IMG/VR virus record: IMGVR_UViG_3300035208_003217
DNA from: a virus
Strand: one strand, 5' to 3'
Length of the DNA stretch: 64,000 bases
This document shows positions 8,410 through 16,953 of this stretch, in pieces. Below the pieces are notes generated by a model. The model ran no database searches and was not told where the DNA came from. It was given only the letters and a program-made list of their open reading frames with translations. The position numbers and the translations under genes were made by a program. The number at the start of each line of letters is the position of its first letter. Within the stretch, counting starts at the first letter, position 1.

Positions 8410-8766
8410 TTATTTTAATAAAGAATCAATAAGTTCTTTTGCTTCATCAAATCCATGACAAATAAATGATTCAACTCCTACACATTTATTAAGTTCTTCT
8501 TGCCATTCTTTTTGTTCTTGACTAACTGTTCCTCCTTTTTTCTTTTTCATTTCAATAAAGATTAAATTATTTTTATTTTTTCCCGGGATAATAATAATCA
8601 TATCAGGAACTCCTTTTCGTAATCCACTTTTTTTATTATTAGTTGTAACTCCCCAATTTGTTGTATATGTTTCTTGGGCAATTTTTGAAAACTTTAAATG
8701 TTTTAATTCAAGATAAATTACAAGATTACATTGTTCTTGAAATTCACTAAGTATAATTTGTTTCAT
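8410..8766 (-). CDS. VRR-NUC domain nuclease (PD-(D/E)XK)
   Basis: The GVPDMIIII...IFIEMKKKKG...SQEQKEW arrangement matches the VRR-NUC pattern of PD...E.K followed by Q..W. 118 aa. Confidence 0.6.
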   Translation of the reverse strand: MKQIILSEFQEQCNLVIYLELKHLKFSKIAQETYTTNWGVTTNNKKSGLRKGVPDMIIIIPGKNKNNLIFIEMKKKKGGTVSQEQKEWQEELNKCVGVESFICHGFDEAKELIDSLLK

Positions 8767-8807
8767 ATTATTTCTTTATAAATTCCTCGTGGCATATTAT
8801 TTAATGG

Positions 8808-9389
8808 TTAATTTCTTTTAGATTTCTTAGTAACTTTAAAATCTTCTGAATTATAAGGTGTTGTTTTAGCTTTTCCACTTTTTATATCATCTACTATTTT
8901 ATTTACATCTTTTATTTTCTTTTGAATAGGAGCTTGTTTAAATCCACAATAAGTCATTTCCCATAAAAAGTGAGCAAGTATCTCGGCTGGTTTATAAGCT
9001 TTTAAAACACTAGGTGCTATCTTCCAATTAGCTGTTTCTTGCCAACGAGTAAATTCAATAGCATAAGTCATATTTTTTTCTCCTTTTTTTAATCCATGAG
9101 TTCTATAATATTCTTCACCAGGTTCGTCCATTGTAACCCATTCTTTTTTATCCTTTAAATAAAATTTATATGGTCTAGACAGTGAAATAAGAATACTCCA
9201 TTCCTTATCCTTTTCTGGATCTTCTTTATATTTAGACATTTCTTTTATTATTCTTTCGTATTGTTCTAATGCCCATTTATTTATTCTGGGATAAGGATAA
9301 TGATACTTTAAAGCACGAGTAACTTCTTTAAAAGGTATTCTTTGAGCTAAGTCAATAATGTTTCGATACTTGTAAATTTTGTAAGTCAT
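8808..9389 (-). CDS. hypothetical protein
   Basis: 193 aa ORF with no recognisable motif. Confidence 0.45.
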   Translation of the reverse strand: MTYKIYKYRNIIDLAQRIPFKEVTRALKYHYPYPRINKWALEQYERIIKEMSKYKEDPEKDKEWSILISLSRPYKFYLKDKKEWVTMDEPGEEYYRTHGLKKGEKNMTYAIEFTRWQETANWKIAPSVLKAYKPAEILAHFLWEMTYCGFKQAPIQKKIKDVNKIVDDIKSGKAKTTPYNSEDFKVTKKSKRN

Positions 9390-9403
9390 ATATTTATATT
9401 ATG

Positions 9404-9474
9404 TACGCAGAGATAGAATCGAACTATCATTAGAGCTATATAAGAACCCCATTCTACCATTGAAATATCTGCGT
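9404..9474 (-). tRNA. tRNA, low-GC, anticodon probably UAU (Ile)
   Basis: Acceptor ACGCAGA pairs perfectly with TCTGCGT. T-arm GATAG-TTCGATT-CTATC. Anticodon stem GGGTT/AGCTC uses two G-U pairs around loop CUUAUAU. The D-stem has only 3 bp. The anticodon call is tentative. Confidence 0.45.
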
Positions 9475-9480
9475 ATTATG

Positions 9481-9551
9481 TCAGAGATGGAAGAGTCGAA
9501 CTTCCCCCACGTGGATCCAAGCCACGCATGCTACCGCAACACTTATCTCTG
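9481..9551 (-). tRNA. tRNA-Pro (anticodon UGG)
   Basis: Acceptor CAGAGAT pairs with ATCTCTG. Anticodon stem CGTGG/CCACG around loop CUUGGAU. T-arm GGAAG-TTCGACT-CTTCC. Confidence 0.7.
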
Positions 9552-9554
9552 TTT

Positions 9555-9626
9555 GGTGACAGCGGAGAATTGAACTCCAATATCCAGGATCACAACCTAG
9601 CACTTTATCCTTTAAGCTATTATCAC
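9555..9626 (-). tRNA. tRNA-His (anticodon GUG)
   Basis: Acceptor GTGATAA pairs with CTGTCAC (6 of 7 pairs). D-stem GCTT/AAGT. Anticodon stem CTAGG/CCTGG around loop UUGUGAU. T-arm TGGAG-TTCAATT-CTCCG. Discriminator C. Confidence 0.6.
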
Positions 9627-9628
9627 AG

Positions 9629-9717
9629 CGGAGAATAAAGGATTCGAACCTTTGAGAAGTTTTTCAACTCCTGCTAGTTTTCAAGACTAGTGCAATCATC
9701 CACTCTGCCAATTCTCC
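9629..9717 (-). tRNA. tRNA-Ser (anticodon UGA), long variable arm
   Basis: Acceptor GGAGAAT pairs with ATTCTCC. Anticodon stem CTAGT/ACTAG around loop CUUGAAA. Long extra arm. T-arm AAAGG-TTCGAAT-CCTTT. Length 89 nt. Confidence 0.8.
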
Positions 9718-9718
9718 G

Positions 9719-9801
9719 TACCTCTAATAGGATTCGAACCTATAATGTCTTTCGACGCTGGTTTCTAAAACCAGTATGTCTACCTATTCCATCATAGAGG
9801 C
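9719..9801 (-). tRNA. tRNA-Leu (anticodon UAG), long variable arm
   Basis: Acceptor GCCTCTA pairs with TAGAGGT (G1-U72 wobble). Anticodon stem CTGGT/ACCAG around loop UUUAGAA. 13 nt extra arm. T-loop TTCGAAT. Confidence 0.7.
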
Positions 9802-9807
9802 AAAATG

Positions 9808-9892
9808 TGGAAGCAGTAAGATTCGAACTTACGAAGTCACATGGGACATATGGTCTACAGCCATACGCATTTGACCGCTTTGCTATACTTCC
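9808..9892 (-). tRNA. tRNA-Tyr (anticodon GUA), long variable arm
   Basis: Acceptor GGAAGTA pairs with TGCTTCC. Anticodon stem TATGG/CCATA around loop CUGUAGA. Long extra arm. T-loop TTCGAAT. Confidence 0.75.
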
Positions 9893-9896
9893 ATTG

Positions 9897-9967
9897 AGGA
9901 TCCACTAAGAATCGAACTTAGATACTATGATTAACAGTCATTTGCTTTACCATTAAGCTATAGATCC
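9897..9967 (-). tRNA. tRNA-Asn (anticodon GUU)
   Basis: Acceptor GGATCTA pairs with TGGATCC. D-stem GCTT/AAGC. Anticodon loop CUGUUAA. T-arm CTAAG-TTCGATT-CTTAG. Confidence 0.7.
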
Positions 9968-9972
9968 TTTAG

Positions 9973-10043
9973 CTCCGGAACAAGGATTCGAACCTCAATT
10001 TCTAGGTTCAAAGCCTAGCGTCCTGCCGTTAGACGATTCCGAA
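9973..10043 (-). tRNA. tRNA-Gln (anticodon UUG)
   Basis: Acceptor starts U1-A72 (TTCGGAA pairs with TTCCGGA), as in bacterial tRNA-Gln. Anticodon stem CTAGG/CCTAG around loop CUUUGAA. T-loop TTCGAAT. Confidence 0.7.
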
Positions 10044-10046
10044 AAA

Positions 10047-11351
10047 TTAGCTACTACTTTCTATATCTACATTGCCTTCATCTAGCAATTTAGTTTCATA
10101 TTCTAAAAACTTAAATGATTTTAACTTATATGTATCAAACTGAAAACCAGATTCTTTTCTTAAGACAATACCTTCTTCAGGAACTTTATTTTTACAAATG
10201 AAACAATCTTTTTCAGTGTATTCTCTTTGTAAATATTTAATAAAATCTCCTCTCCATTCTTCATCTCCTATTAATAAATCTTTTCTAAATAATAAATCAA
10301 TTACTTTTCCATAATAGAATAAAGGAACATATTCTAATCCATATCTATCGCAGAATTCTTTGATTTCAAGTGTAGATAAATTATAGACAAATCCAAATTC
10401 ATTTGTCAATGTTATTCTATATATCATTAACTTTTTCTGTTCTTGTTCACAACCATAATCATATCCTTTCTGAATACAACCTCCACTCTTAGTATACCCA
10501 AGACATTCGCCATAAAGAGTATAACCTTGAGGAATTTTATCTTTTAATTCTTCTTTAATTTCTCCCCATAAATCATATTCATAGTAATGTTCTTTATGAG
10601 AGGTTTCGAACTCGTTCTTGACAACTTTGCGAGAACCATAGACGTAGTCATATTCAATATCTTTGATTTTAACTCCAATTGTTTTAAGAGCTTTTTCATA
10701 TAGTTTTAATTTACGCTTTACTAAAATATTTGAAACCCAAAATGATGTTCCGTGAACTTTATAGGTAATAGAGATATAATCTTCAAGATTTATTTTGTCT
10801 ATATTTCTTAGTAAATTTTCAGTATCAACATGTAAATGAACTTGTCCTTCAACTAATCTTGAAATTCTAGGCTTCTTTCCTTGTCTATTTGACAACCCGC
10901 TATTTCTAGTTGGAACAAAATACTTTTTAAGTATCTGTATCTTATTAACCATATCAAATTCCTTATTTAATTCAATAGGAATATCATATCCTATAAATTT
11001 TTCAAAGGTAGAAAAAGGAAATAAAACTCCCATTGATTTTTGTCCGCGAAGTCTGACAGCTCTTACTCTTCCATTATCTTCAAAGAATCCGCACTTTTCA
11101 TCATTAACTATTTCATTTAGATTACTGTGTCTATATGAATTTGTATGTGCTAAAAAAGAACTATTTATTTGCGACTCGAGTGGAAAAAAGATACAAACAT
11201 CTCCAACTTTAGTATCCATACCAACAATAACTTCCTGAAAATCTATAATAGCAATTTGAAGTTTATCTGCATTTGGATGCTTTTTTAATTCTTTAATTTG
11301 AACTACTTTGGCAAGGTAGTTTTTATTAGCGTCTTTTGAGATTGATAACAT
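10047..11351 (-). CDS. RNA ligase (Rnl2-like nucleotidyltransferase) fused to an N-terminal tRNA-binding (Myf/Trbp111-type OB) domain
   Basis: The N-terminus KVVQIKELKKHPNADKLQIAIIDFQEVIVG...VGDVCIFFPLE matches the tRNA_bind OB-fold signature (HPNADKL). The downstream ligase has motif I YKVHGTS (KxHGT, as in T4 Rnl2), motif IV EGIVLRKE and motif V YKLKS. 434 aa. Confidence 0.7.
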   Translation of the reverse strand: MLSISKDANKNYLAKVVQIKELKKHPNADKLQIAIIDFQEVIVGMDTKVGDVCIFFPLESQINSSFLAHTNSYRHSNLNEIVNDEKCGFFEDNGRVRAVRLRGQKSMGVLFPFSTFEKFIGYDIPIELNKEFDMVNKIQILKKYFVPTRNSGLSNRQGKKPRISRLVEGQVHLHVDTENLLRNIDKINLEDYISITYKVHGTSFWVSNILVKRKLKLYEKALKTIGVKIKDIEYDYVYGSRKVVKNEFETSHKEHYYEYDLWGEIKEELKDKIPQGYTLYGECLGYTKSGGCIQKGYDYGCEQEQKKLMIYRITLTNEFGFVYNLSTLEIKEFCDRYGLEYVPLFYYGKVIDLLFRKDLLIGDEEWRGDFIKYLQREYTEKDCFICKNKVPEEGIVLRKESGFQFDTYKLKSFKFLEYETKLLDEGNVDIESSS

Positions 11352-11364
11352 ATAATTTTATTAG

Positions 11365-11437
11365 CCCAACCGCCTAGATTCGAACTAGAAATTCCGGTTT
11401 AGAAAACCAGTGTTTTATCCTATTAGACTACGGTTGG
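11365..11437 (-). tRNA. tRNA-Arg (anticodon UCU)
   Basis: Acceptor CCAACCG pairs perfectly with CGGTTGG. Anticodon stem CTGGT/ACCGG around loop UUUCUAA. T-arm TCTAG-TTCGAAT-CTAGG. Confidence 0.7.
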
Positions 11438-11440
11438 TTT

Positions 11441-12307
11441 TTAAAAATCTATTCTAGGATCCATTGTATTGACATCGCAAACAAATAGACTAAGATTTTT
11501 CCACATTCTAATTACTTTAGGACGGTCATCAAAGACAGTTAAAACATTATACTTATCTTTAATATACTTATTATAGAATTCTTCTTTAACTATTTCATCA
11601 GGTCTTTTGTCTCCTTCATTTCGCATTACTAATTTTGTATATTTGATATGATTTTTTTCAAGCCAGTCTTCTGTTTCTTTTTTACAATCACTATCGCGTC
11701 CACTAAAAATAAATAAATCAAATTGTTCCAAGTGTTTTAATATCTTAATTAGATTAATGTTAGGAATGTCATCCGATACTTTAGTATAATCATAAGGACT
11801 TCGATAGATTCCTTCTGCTAATGTTCCGTCTATATCACAAATTATACAAGGACTTAAATCATAATTGTATTCTTTGTCTTGATACTTTTTTTCTCTTAAA
11901 TACTGATTATACATATTAAGAATAACTCTTTTACCAACAGATTCTTCTCCTCTTTTGCTATCTCTTTCTATACATTCATATAAAGGAGTATCTATAAACT
12001 TAATTTCTACTTTAACATTCTTATAAATAGATGCTATCCTTTTAATTCTATCAATATGTTTTTGAGCAAAGTTTGTATCATCAACTATAATATTATATCC
12101 TTCTGTAAGAGCACGCATTATAATAGCATCACGAACACTTAATACAAAGTTTTCTGTTTTCTGATTATAAACTTTATTAGAAAGCATTGCTCTTAGATCA
12201 TCTTTATTAACTCGTTTCCAAAAATTCGGTTCTTTAGTTACTAATTCTTTAGCAAAGGTACTTTTTCCGGAAGCGGGTAATCCTTGTAAGATTAATATTT
12301 TTTGCAT
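11441..12307 (-). CDS. pnkp: polynucleotide 5'-kinase/3'-phosphatase (T4 Pnkp-like)
   Basis: N-terminal P-loop GLPASGKST (kinase). C-terminal HAD phosphatase motif CDIDGTL. Collinear similarity to T4 Pnk throughout, for example KRPDEIVKEEFYNKYI and FDDRPKVIRMWKNL. Confidence 0.8.
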   Translation of the reverse strand: MQKILILQGLPASGKSTFAKELVTKEPNFWKRVNKDDLRAMLSNKVYNQKTENFVLSVRDAIIMRALTEGYNIIVDDTNFAQKHIDRIKRIASIYKNVKVEIKFIDTPLYECIERDSKRGEESVGKRVILNMYNQYLREKKYQDKEYNYDLSPCIICDIDGTLAEGIYRSPYDYTKVSDDIPNINLIKILKHLEQFDLFIFSGRDSDCKKETEDWLEKNHIKYTKLVMRNEGDKRPDEIVKEEFYNKYIKDKYNVLTVFDDRPKVIRMWKNLSLFVCDVNTMDPRIDF

Positions 12308-12576
12308 ATAATTATTGCTGTAATAATTTGTGTGTCTAAAAGACTTTCTTCTTGCTTTATATCTATAAATCCTTTTTCATACATTGCTTCGGCTAATTTT
12401 CTTATCATACCTAATTTAATACTTTCAATATATTTTTCATCTATTACATTTTTTAAGAAATCATTTGAAATATGTTGCTGGAAAGAAAATATCTGTTCTT
12501 CGCCATTTCTAATTTTATAAGGATATAAATAATGTGCGATTAATTGTGCCAATCTTTCTAGTAGTTTTTTAAACAT
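12292..12576 (-). CDS. hypothetical protein
   Basis: 94 aa. It begins MFKKLL like the neighbouring ORF, so the two may be paralogs. Confidence 0.4.
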   Translation of the reverse strand: MFKKLLERLAQLIAHYLYPYKIRNGEEQIFSFQQHISNDFLKNVIDEKYIESIKLGMIRKLAEAMYEKGFIDIKQEESLLDTQIITAIIICKKY

Positions 12577-12577
12577 A

Positions 12578-12838
12578 TTATTCTTTTACTGCTTTATGTA
12601 AATCAATTCCAATATGCTTTATAAAAAGTTTACGTAATTCTTGTCCCATTTTTTCTCCTTGAATACACATATCATATATATTCATTCCTTTTTTATTATA
12701 ATAATCATACATTTTATTTGATACTACTTCCATTAATATAAGAGAAGCATTTACAAAATCTTTATTAGTATAATGATCTTTTTTTCCAGATATCTCAAGA
12801 GCCATATCTGCTAATTCATTTAATTTTTTTTTAAACAT
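12578..12838 (-). CDS. hypothetical protein
   Basis: 86 aa, beginning MFKKKL. Confidence 0.4.
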   Translation of the reverse strand: MFKKKLNELADMALEISGKKDHYTNKDFVNASLILMEVVSNKMYDYYNKKGMNIYDMCIQGEKMGQELRKLFIKHIGIDLHKAVKE

Positions 12839-12842
12839 ATTT

Positions 12843-13985
12843 TTATAATAATGTTCCTTGATTCATAAATGCTAATGTAGGTCCTTCTTTTCTACGTTTA
12901 TCTTGAAGGTCTAAATAGAAACAAATATTAGCAAAGTTTCTTGGTTTGTAAGCCTGAGTTTTTTGTGTAGTCATTACAGGCGTTTGACATTTAGGACATT
13001 TACACTCATCTTCTTTACTAGTTTCCATCATTGATTGAATTCCATATCCAATTTTATTTTTAAGATAGCTATCAATATGTTCTTTAATTTCTAATGGTTT
13101 ATTATTAATATGGTCTTCATCATGAAGATTCTGATCTGATACATATATTCTTCCATACCGAGTTAAAATATTTCCCATTGCTGCTGTTAATGAATATGAG
13201 CTAGAATCAACAGTATACCAAGGATATCTTTCAACAAGTCTTTTAGATGTAACAGCAAATCCATGAGTTTTAATTATTTGTCCCTTCTGAATTCTTGGAT
13301 TTTTAGAATAGTCATAATTCATTATATGACGAAATGAAATATCAAGCCATTCCATTTTTGCTTTTTCAGATGAATCATTACAAGGACTAACTCCAATATA
13401 ATCACATTCATCTAACATTCTATTAAGAACCCAAATAGGTTCACCTTGATGATATACATGAATTGTATCCCAACCTCTTTCTTTTAAGTATTTATAGTTT
13501 TTCCATCCTTGTTCTGCTGCTTCAATAATTTGTTCTTCTGTTGGAACACTTCCTTGTTCTCCTGGAATAACATCTAGATTAACACCTCTCCAGATAATAT
13601 CTTTATATTTATTTAAGTGTTCAAGATATTTATCAATATTAACTAAATGTTTTTTCCAGTTTCCAATTTCATCTACTTTAGCAAGAATTTCTTCCCTTCC
13701 TTTTTGATTTAACAATTGCCACATAGGTTCTCCTCCTATCATATCATATGCTTCTTCTCTTCTTGTTTTTTGTGATAAGTTCCATGAAGTAAATGCTCCA
13801 CTATCACAAATTAAATTAACATTATTTTTTTCAATTAATCCTTTCATTTGCCAAGGTTCGGGATAAGCATATGAGATAAGAATATTTTTGACATTACAGA
13901 TAAGAAGAAATTCTAAGTACTGTTTAGATCCAGTCGCCATAAATAGATTAAAATCTTGTATATCGCTACTAGTTTTTTGAAACAT
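12843..13985 (-). CDS. dpdA: DpdA-like tRNA-guanine transglycosylase family protein (7-deazaguanine DNA transglycosylase)
   Basis: TGT-family fold with a C-terminal zinc motif CKCPKCQ (CxCxxC). It is encoded immediately upstream of queF, folE and queC. Confidence 0.65.
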   Translation of the reverse strand: MFQKTSSDIQDFNLFMATGSKQYLEFLLICNVKNILISYAYPEPWQMKGLIEKNNVNLICDSGAFTSWNLSQKTRREEAYDMIGGEPMWQLLNQKGREEILAKVDEIGNWKKHLVNIDKYLEHLNKYKDIIWRGVNLDVIPGEQGSVPTEEQIIEAAEQGWKNYKYLKERGWDTIHVYHQGEPIWVLNRMLDECDYIGVSPCNDSSEKAKMEWLDISFRHIMNYDYSKNPRIQKGQIIKTHGFAVTSKRLVERYPWYTVDSSSYSLTAAMGNILTRYGRIYVSDQNLHDEDHINNKPLEIKEHIDSYLKNKIGYGIQSMMETSKEDECKCPKCQTPVMTTQKTQAYKPRNFANICFYLDLQDKRRKEGPTLAFMNQGTLL

Positions 13986-13986
13986 A

Positions 13987-14460
13987 TTATTTTAATAATG
14001 AGTGTCTTGCTAATATAGCACTAATTCTATCTTCTTCTTCCTGACATATATCATCTCTTAATAATTCAACAAATGGTGTAAGAGTAATACCTCCTCTTGA
14101 ATTAAATTTTCCAATTACTTGTAAATAGAGAGGTTCAAGTAAATCGAATAAATCCTTTGCTATACGATTAGTAACATCTTCCATGAATTCACCTGATTGT
14201 CTAAATGAAAATAAATATAATTTTAATGATTTAGATTCAACACATTTCTTATCTGGAATATAATTAATTTCAATAGTTGCCATATCCGGTTGATGTGTTT
14301 TTGGACAAAGGCTTGAAAATTCAAAACATTCAAATGGAATGACATAATAATTATCTTGATGTTGATTTTCAAATACTTCAAGTAATTCAGGCTTTGGTTG
14401 ATCAAATACATACTCAGTTTTTTTGGAACCTAACGATTTTAATTTTTTTGTGTCTGACAT
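13987..14460 (-). CDS. queF: NADPH-dependent 7-cyano-7-deazaguanine reductase QueF
   Basis: QueF motif ESKSLKLYL, matching E(S/L)K(S/A)hK(L/Y)(Y/F), and catalytic-Cys region SLCPKTHQPD. Confidence 0.8.
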   Translation of the reverse strand: MSDTKKLKSLGSKKTEYVFDQPKPELLEVFENQHQDNYYVIPFECFEFSSLCPKTHQPDMATIEINYIPDKKCVESKSLKLYLFSFRQSGEFMEDVTNRIAKDLFDLLEPLYLQVIGKFNSRGGITLTPFVELLRDDICQEEEDRISAILARHSLLK

Positions 14461-14464
14461 ACTT

Positions 14465-15034
14465 TTATTTATTTATGTTTATAAGTTGAAAAAATTCATT
14501 TCTTGCTGTTGAATCATTTTCAAATGCTCCTCTAACAATTGAAGTTGTCATTTTACCATCTTTCTTAACTCCACGAATTGATTTACAAGAATGACTTGCT
14601 TTCAGAATTAAAATTATACCCTTCGGTTGTAATTTTCTTTCAATAAATTCTACTACTTGAGCTCCTAATCTTTCTTGAACTTGCATTCGACTCGAATAAA
14701 AATCTATAATACGAGCAATTTTTGATAATCCAATAATTCTTTTATCAGGTATATATCCAAAATAATAATCTCCTTGAAACAGTGCCATATGATGCTCGCA
14801 AAACGAATTAAACTTTCCTTGATCACATATAATTTGATTATAAACTATACCATCATCATCATTATCAAATGCTGTTACTTTTGGCATTTCGTCTTTATCA
14901 TATCCTTTAAATACTTCTAGATACATTTTAGCCATTCTTTGAGGTGTATCTTTAAGTCCAGAACGATTAGGATTCTCTCCTATTTCTTTAAGTAAATCTT
15001 TACAGATTATTTTTAATTTTTTTAAATCTCTCAT
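14465..15034 (-). CDS. folE: GTP cyclohydrolase I FolE
   Basis: GLKDTPQRMAKMY, CEHHMALF and QVQERL are near-identical to FolE signature segments. Confidence 0.85.
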   Translation of the reverse strand: MRDLKKLKIICKDLLKEIGENPNRSGLKDTPQRMAKMYLEVFKGYDKDEMPKVTAFDNDDDGIVYNQIICDQGKFNSFCEHHMALFQGDYYFGYIPDKRIIGLSKIARIIDFYSSRMQVQERLGAQVVEFIERKLQPKGIILILKASHSCKSIRGVKKDGKMTTSIVRGAFENDSTARNEFFQLININK

Positions 15035-15035
15035 A

Positions 15036-15728
15036 TTATTTATTGTAATATTCTAATGGATCTTTTATTTTATTTTTATTGAAGGCTTCTAATCTTTCTT
15101 GACAACTTCCGCATTTTCCACAGGATTGACCTTGATTATTTGGACAATAACAAGTATGTGTATTTTTATAATCAACTCCTAATTTAATTCCTTTCTTAAG
15201 GATAGAAATTTTATTCATCTTTATATAAGGAGCTAAAATCTTTACATTAATATATGTTCCAAACTCTGATGCTTCTCTTATTGCTTCTAAAAAGTCTGAA
15301 CGACAATCTGGATAGATAGCATGATCTCCTCCATGAGCACCATAATATACTTTATCTATTCCATATGATTCGGCAATACCAACTGCTAATGATAGAAGAA
15401 TTCCATTACGAAAAGGAACAACTGTACTTTTCATATTGTTATCTTCATAATGTCCTTGTGGAATTACTTCACTATCTTTATGATTAAGCAATGATGATTT
15501 AAAGTTGGTAAATATATTTTTTAAATCAAGAATTTTATGACTAACTCTTAAATTAAAACATGTATTCATTGCCTTACTTAATTCAACTTTATTGTGTTTA
15601 CTTCCATAATTAAATGAAAGTGCTAATATATTTTGATTACCATACTTTTTAACAATATCATATAGAAGTGTCGTTGAATCAAGTCCTCCTGAAAGTATAA
15701 TGACTGCTTTTTTCTTTTCTGTTTTCAT
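15036..15728 (-). CDS. queC: 7-cyano-7-deazaguanine synthase QueC
   Basis: PP-loop KAVIILSGGLDSTT and C-terminal zinc motif CGKCGSC. Confidence 0.85.
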   Translation of the reverse strand: MKTEKKKAVIILSGGLDSTTLLYDIVKKYGNQNILALSFNYGSKHNKVELSKAMNTCFNLRVSHKILDLKNIFTNFKSSLLNHKDSEVIPQGHYEDNNMKSTVVPFRNGILLSLAVGIAESYGIDKVYYGAHGGDHAIYPDCRSDFLEAIREASEFGTYINVKILAPYIKMNKISILKKGIKLGVDYKNTHTCYCPNNQGQSCGKCGSCQERLEAFNKNKIKDPLEYYNK

Positions 15729-15732
15729 ATAA

Positions 15733-16008
15733 TTATTTTTTACCTTTCTCAGGATGTTTAATATTATGTTTTCCGATAGCTGTTACTTTTTTAGTGCCAG
15801 AAGTTGTTTTGGCAATTCCTGGTTTTATTTTCTCAAAGTTACTCTTTGAATTATTAGATTTATCGTGGTCTTTATGATGAATAAGCTCTCCTGGTTTAGC
15901 ATTCATTAATTTACGACGATAATCAGATGACTTTCCTCCTTTCCATGTTGGATTTTCTTTACCATTTCTGGCCATATTTGGATTTTTCTGTCCTTTTGTG
16001 GGCGCCAT
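15733..16008 (-). CDS. HNH endonuclease (small, free-standing)
   Basis: His-Me finger motif ELIHHKDHDKSNNSKSNFE (HH...D...N...N). 91 aa. It is inserted between queC and queE. Confidence 0.6.
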   Translation of the reverse strand: MAPTKGQKNPNMARNGKENPTWKGGKSSDYRRKLMNAKPGELIHHKDHDKSNNSKSNFEKIKPGIAKTTSGTKKVTAIGKHNIKHPEKGKK

Positions 16009-16009
16009 A

Positions 16010-16312
16010 TTATTTATTATTATATTTTATTAAAAATTCTAATAATTTTCTATGAGTATTAGATAATGAATATATTCTTTCAGGAAGACGATATGGTTTA
16101 TATTTTAAGTATGTTTCTAACATATCACGACTTTCTTTTGAACTTCTCATTATTCTTTCATAAAAATTTCTTTGTGTATATTTTTCTTTTTCACATTTTA
16201 AACAATATAATTTCCATCCTTTATTATTTATATACTCATCAAGTCCTAAATAAAGATGAAAACAAAATAATTGATTTAATTTCATATATTTATACACCTC
16301 TTTTAATATCAT
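16010..16312 (-). CDS. hypothetical protein
   Basis: 100 aa ORF between the HNH gene and queE. Confidence 0.4.
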   Translation of the reverse strand: MILKEVYKYMKLNQLFCFHLYLGLDEYINNKGWKLYCLKCEKEKYTQRNFYERIMRSSKESRDMLETYLKYKPYRLPERIYSLSNTHRKLLEFLIKYNNK

Positions 16313-16949
16313 AAATCATAACATGAAGTCGAGGACTAAAATTATATCCATTTTTTAGACATACATCTAAAAAGTTAGCAATTCCATGATATTGTTTTTC
16401 AGTTGTACCTCCTTCTTTCATTAGATAAATTTTTTCCTTATCAATCTGAACTTGATTTTCAATAAATTTAACTTCATCGAGATCTTCATCTGAACTAATA
16501 ACAAACTTAAAGATTGAATCTTTTTTACTATTTATATATTCTAAAACATCATAATCTAATCTTTTATCTATATCATTTCCAGATGTTCCAAGTTTAGGTG
16601 AACAAGCATAATGGTCAATATATGGGATAATTTTATCAGGCATAATTGTTCCATTAGTTTCAACTGTAATATGATATGAACTATCAAGATTTTCTTGAAA
16701 TAATTCTGTTAATGCTTGTTGTTGTGATAAAGGTTCACCTCCTGTAATAACAATTTTTTTACTATTAAATTTTTTAATTTCTTCGGCAACATCTTTAAGT
16801 TCCATATCTTTTCCGCTCCAATGATATTTAGTATCACAGAATGAACAGTTAAGATTACATCCACTTAATCTTAAGAATATTACATTTGTACCAACATATT
16901 TTCCCTCTCCTTGTATAGCTTGAAAAATTTCGCAAACATGTAATTTCAT
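16290..16949 (-). CDS. queE: 7-carboxy-7-deazaguanine synthase QueE (radical SAM)
   Basis: N-terminus VCEIFQAIQGEGKYVG and radical-SAM cluster motif CNLNCSFC. Confidence 0.85.
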   Translation of the reverse strand: MKLHVCEIFQAIQGEGKYVGTNVIFLRLSGCNLNCSFCDTKYHWSGKDMELKDVAEEIKKFNSKKIVITGGEPLSQQQALTELFQENLDSSYHITVETNGTIMPDKIIPYIDHYACSPKLGTSGNDIDKRLDYDVLEYINSKKDSIFKFVISSDEDLDEVKFIENQVQIDKEKIYLMKEGGTTEKQYHGIANFLDVCLKNGYNFSPRLHVMIYDIKRGV

Positions 16950-16953
16950 ATAT

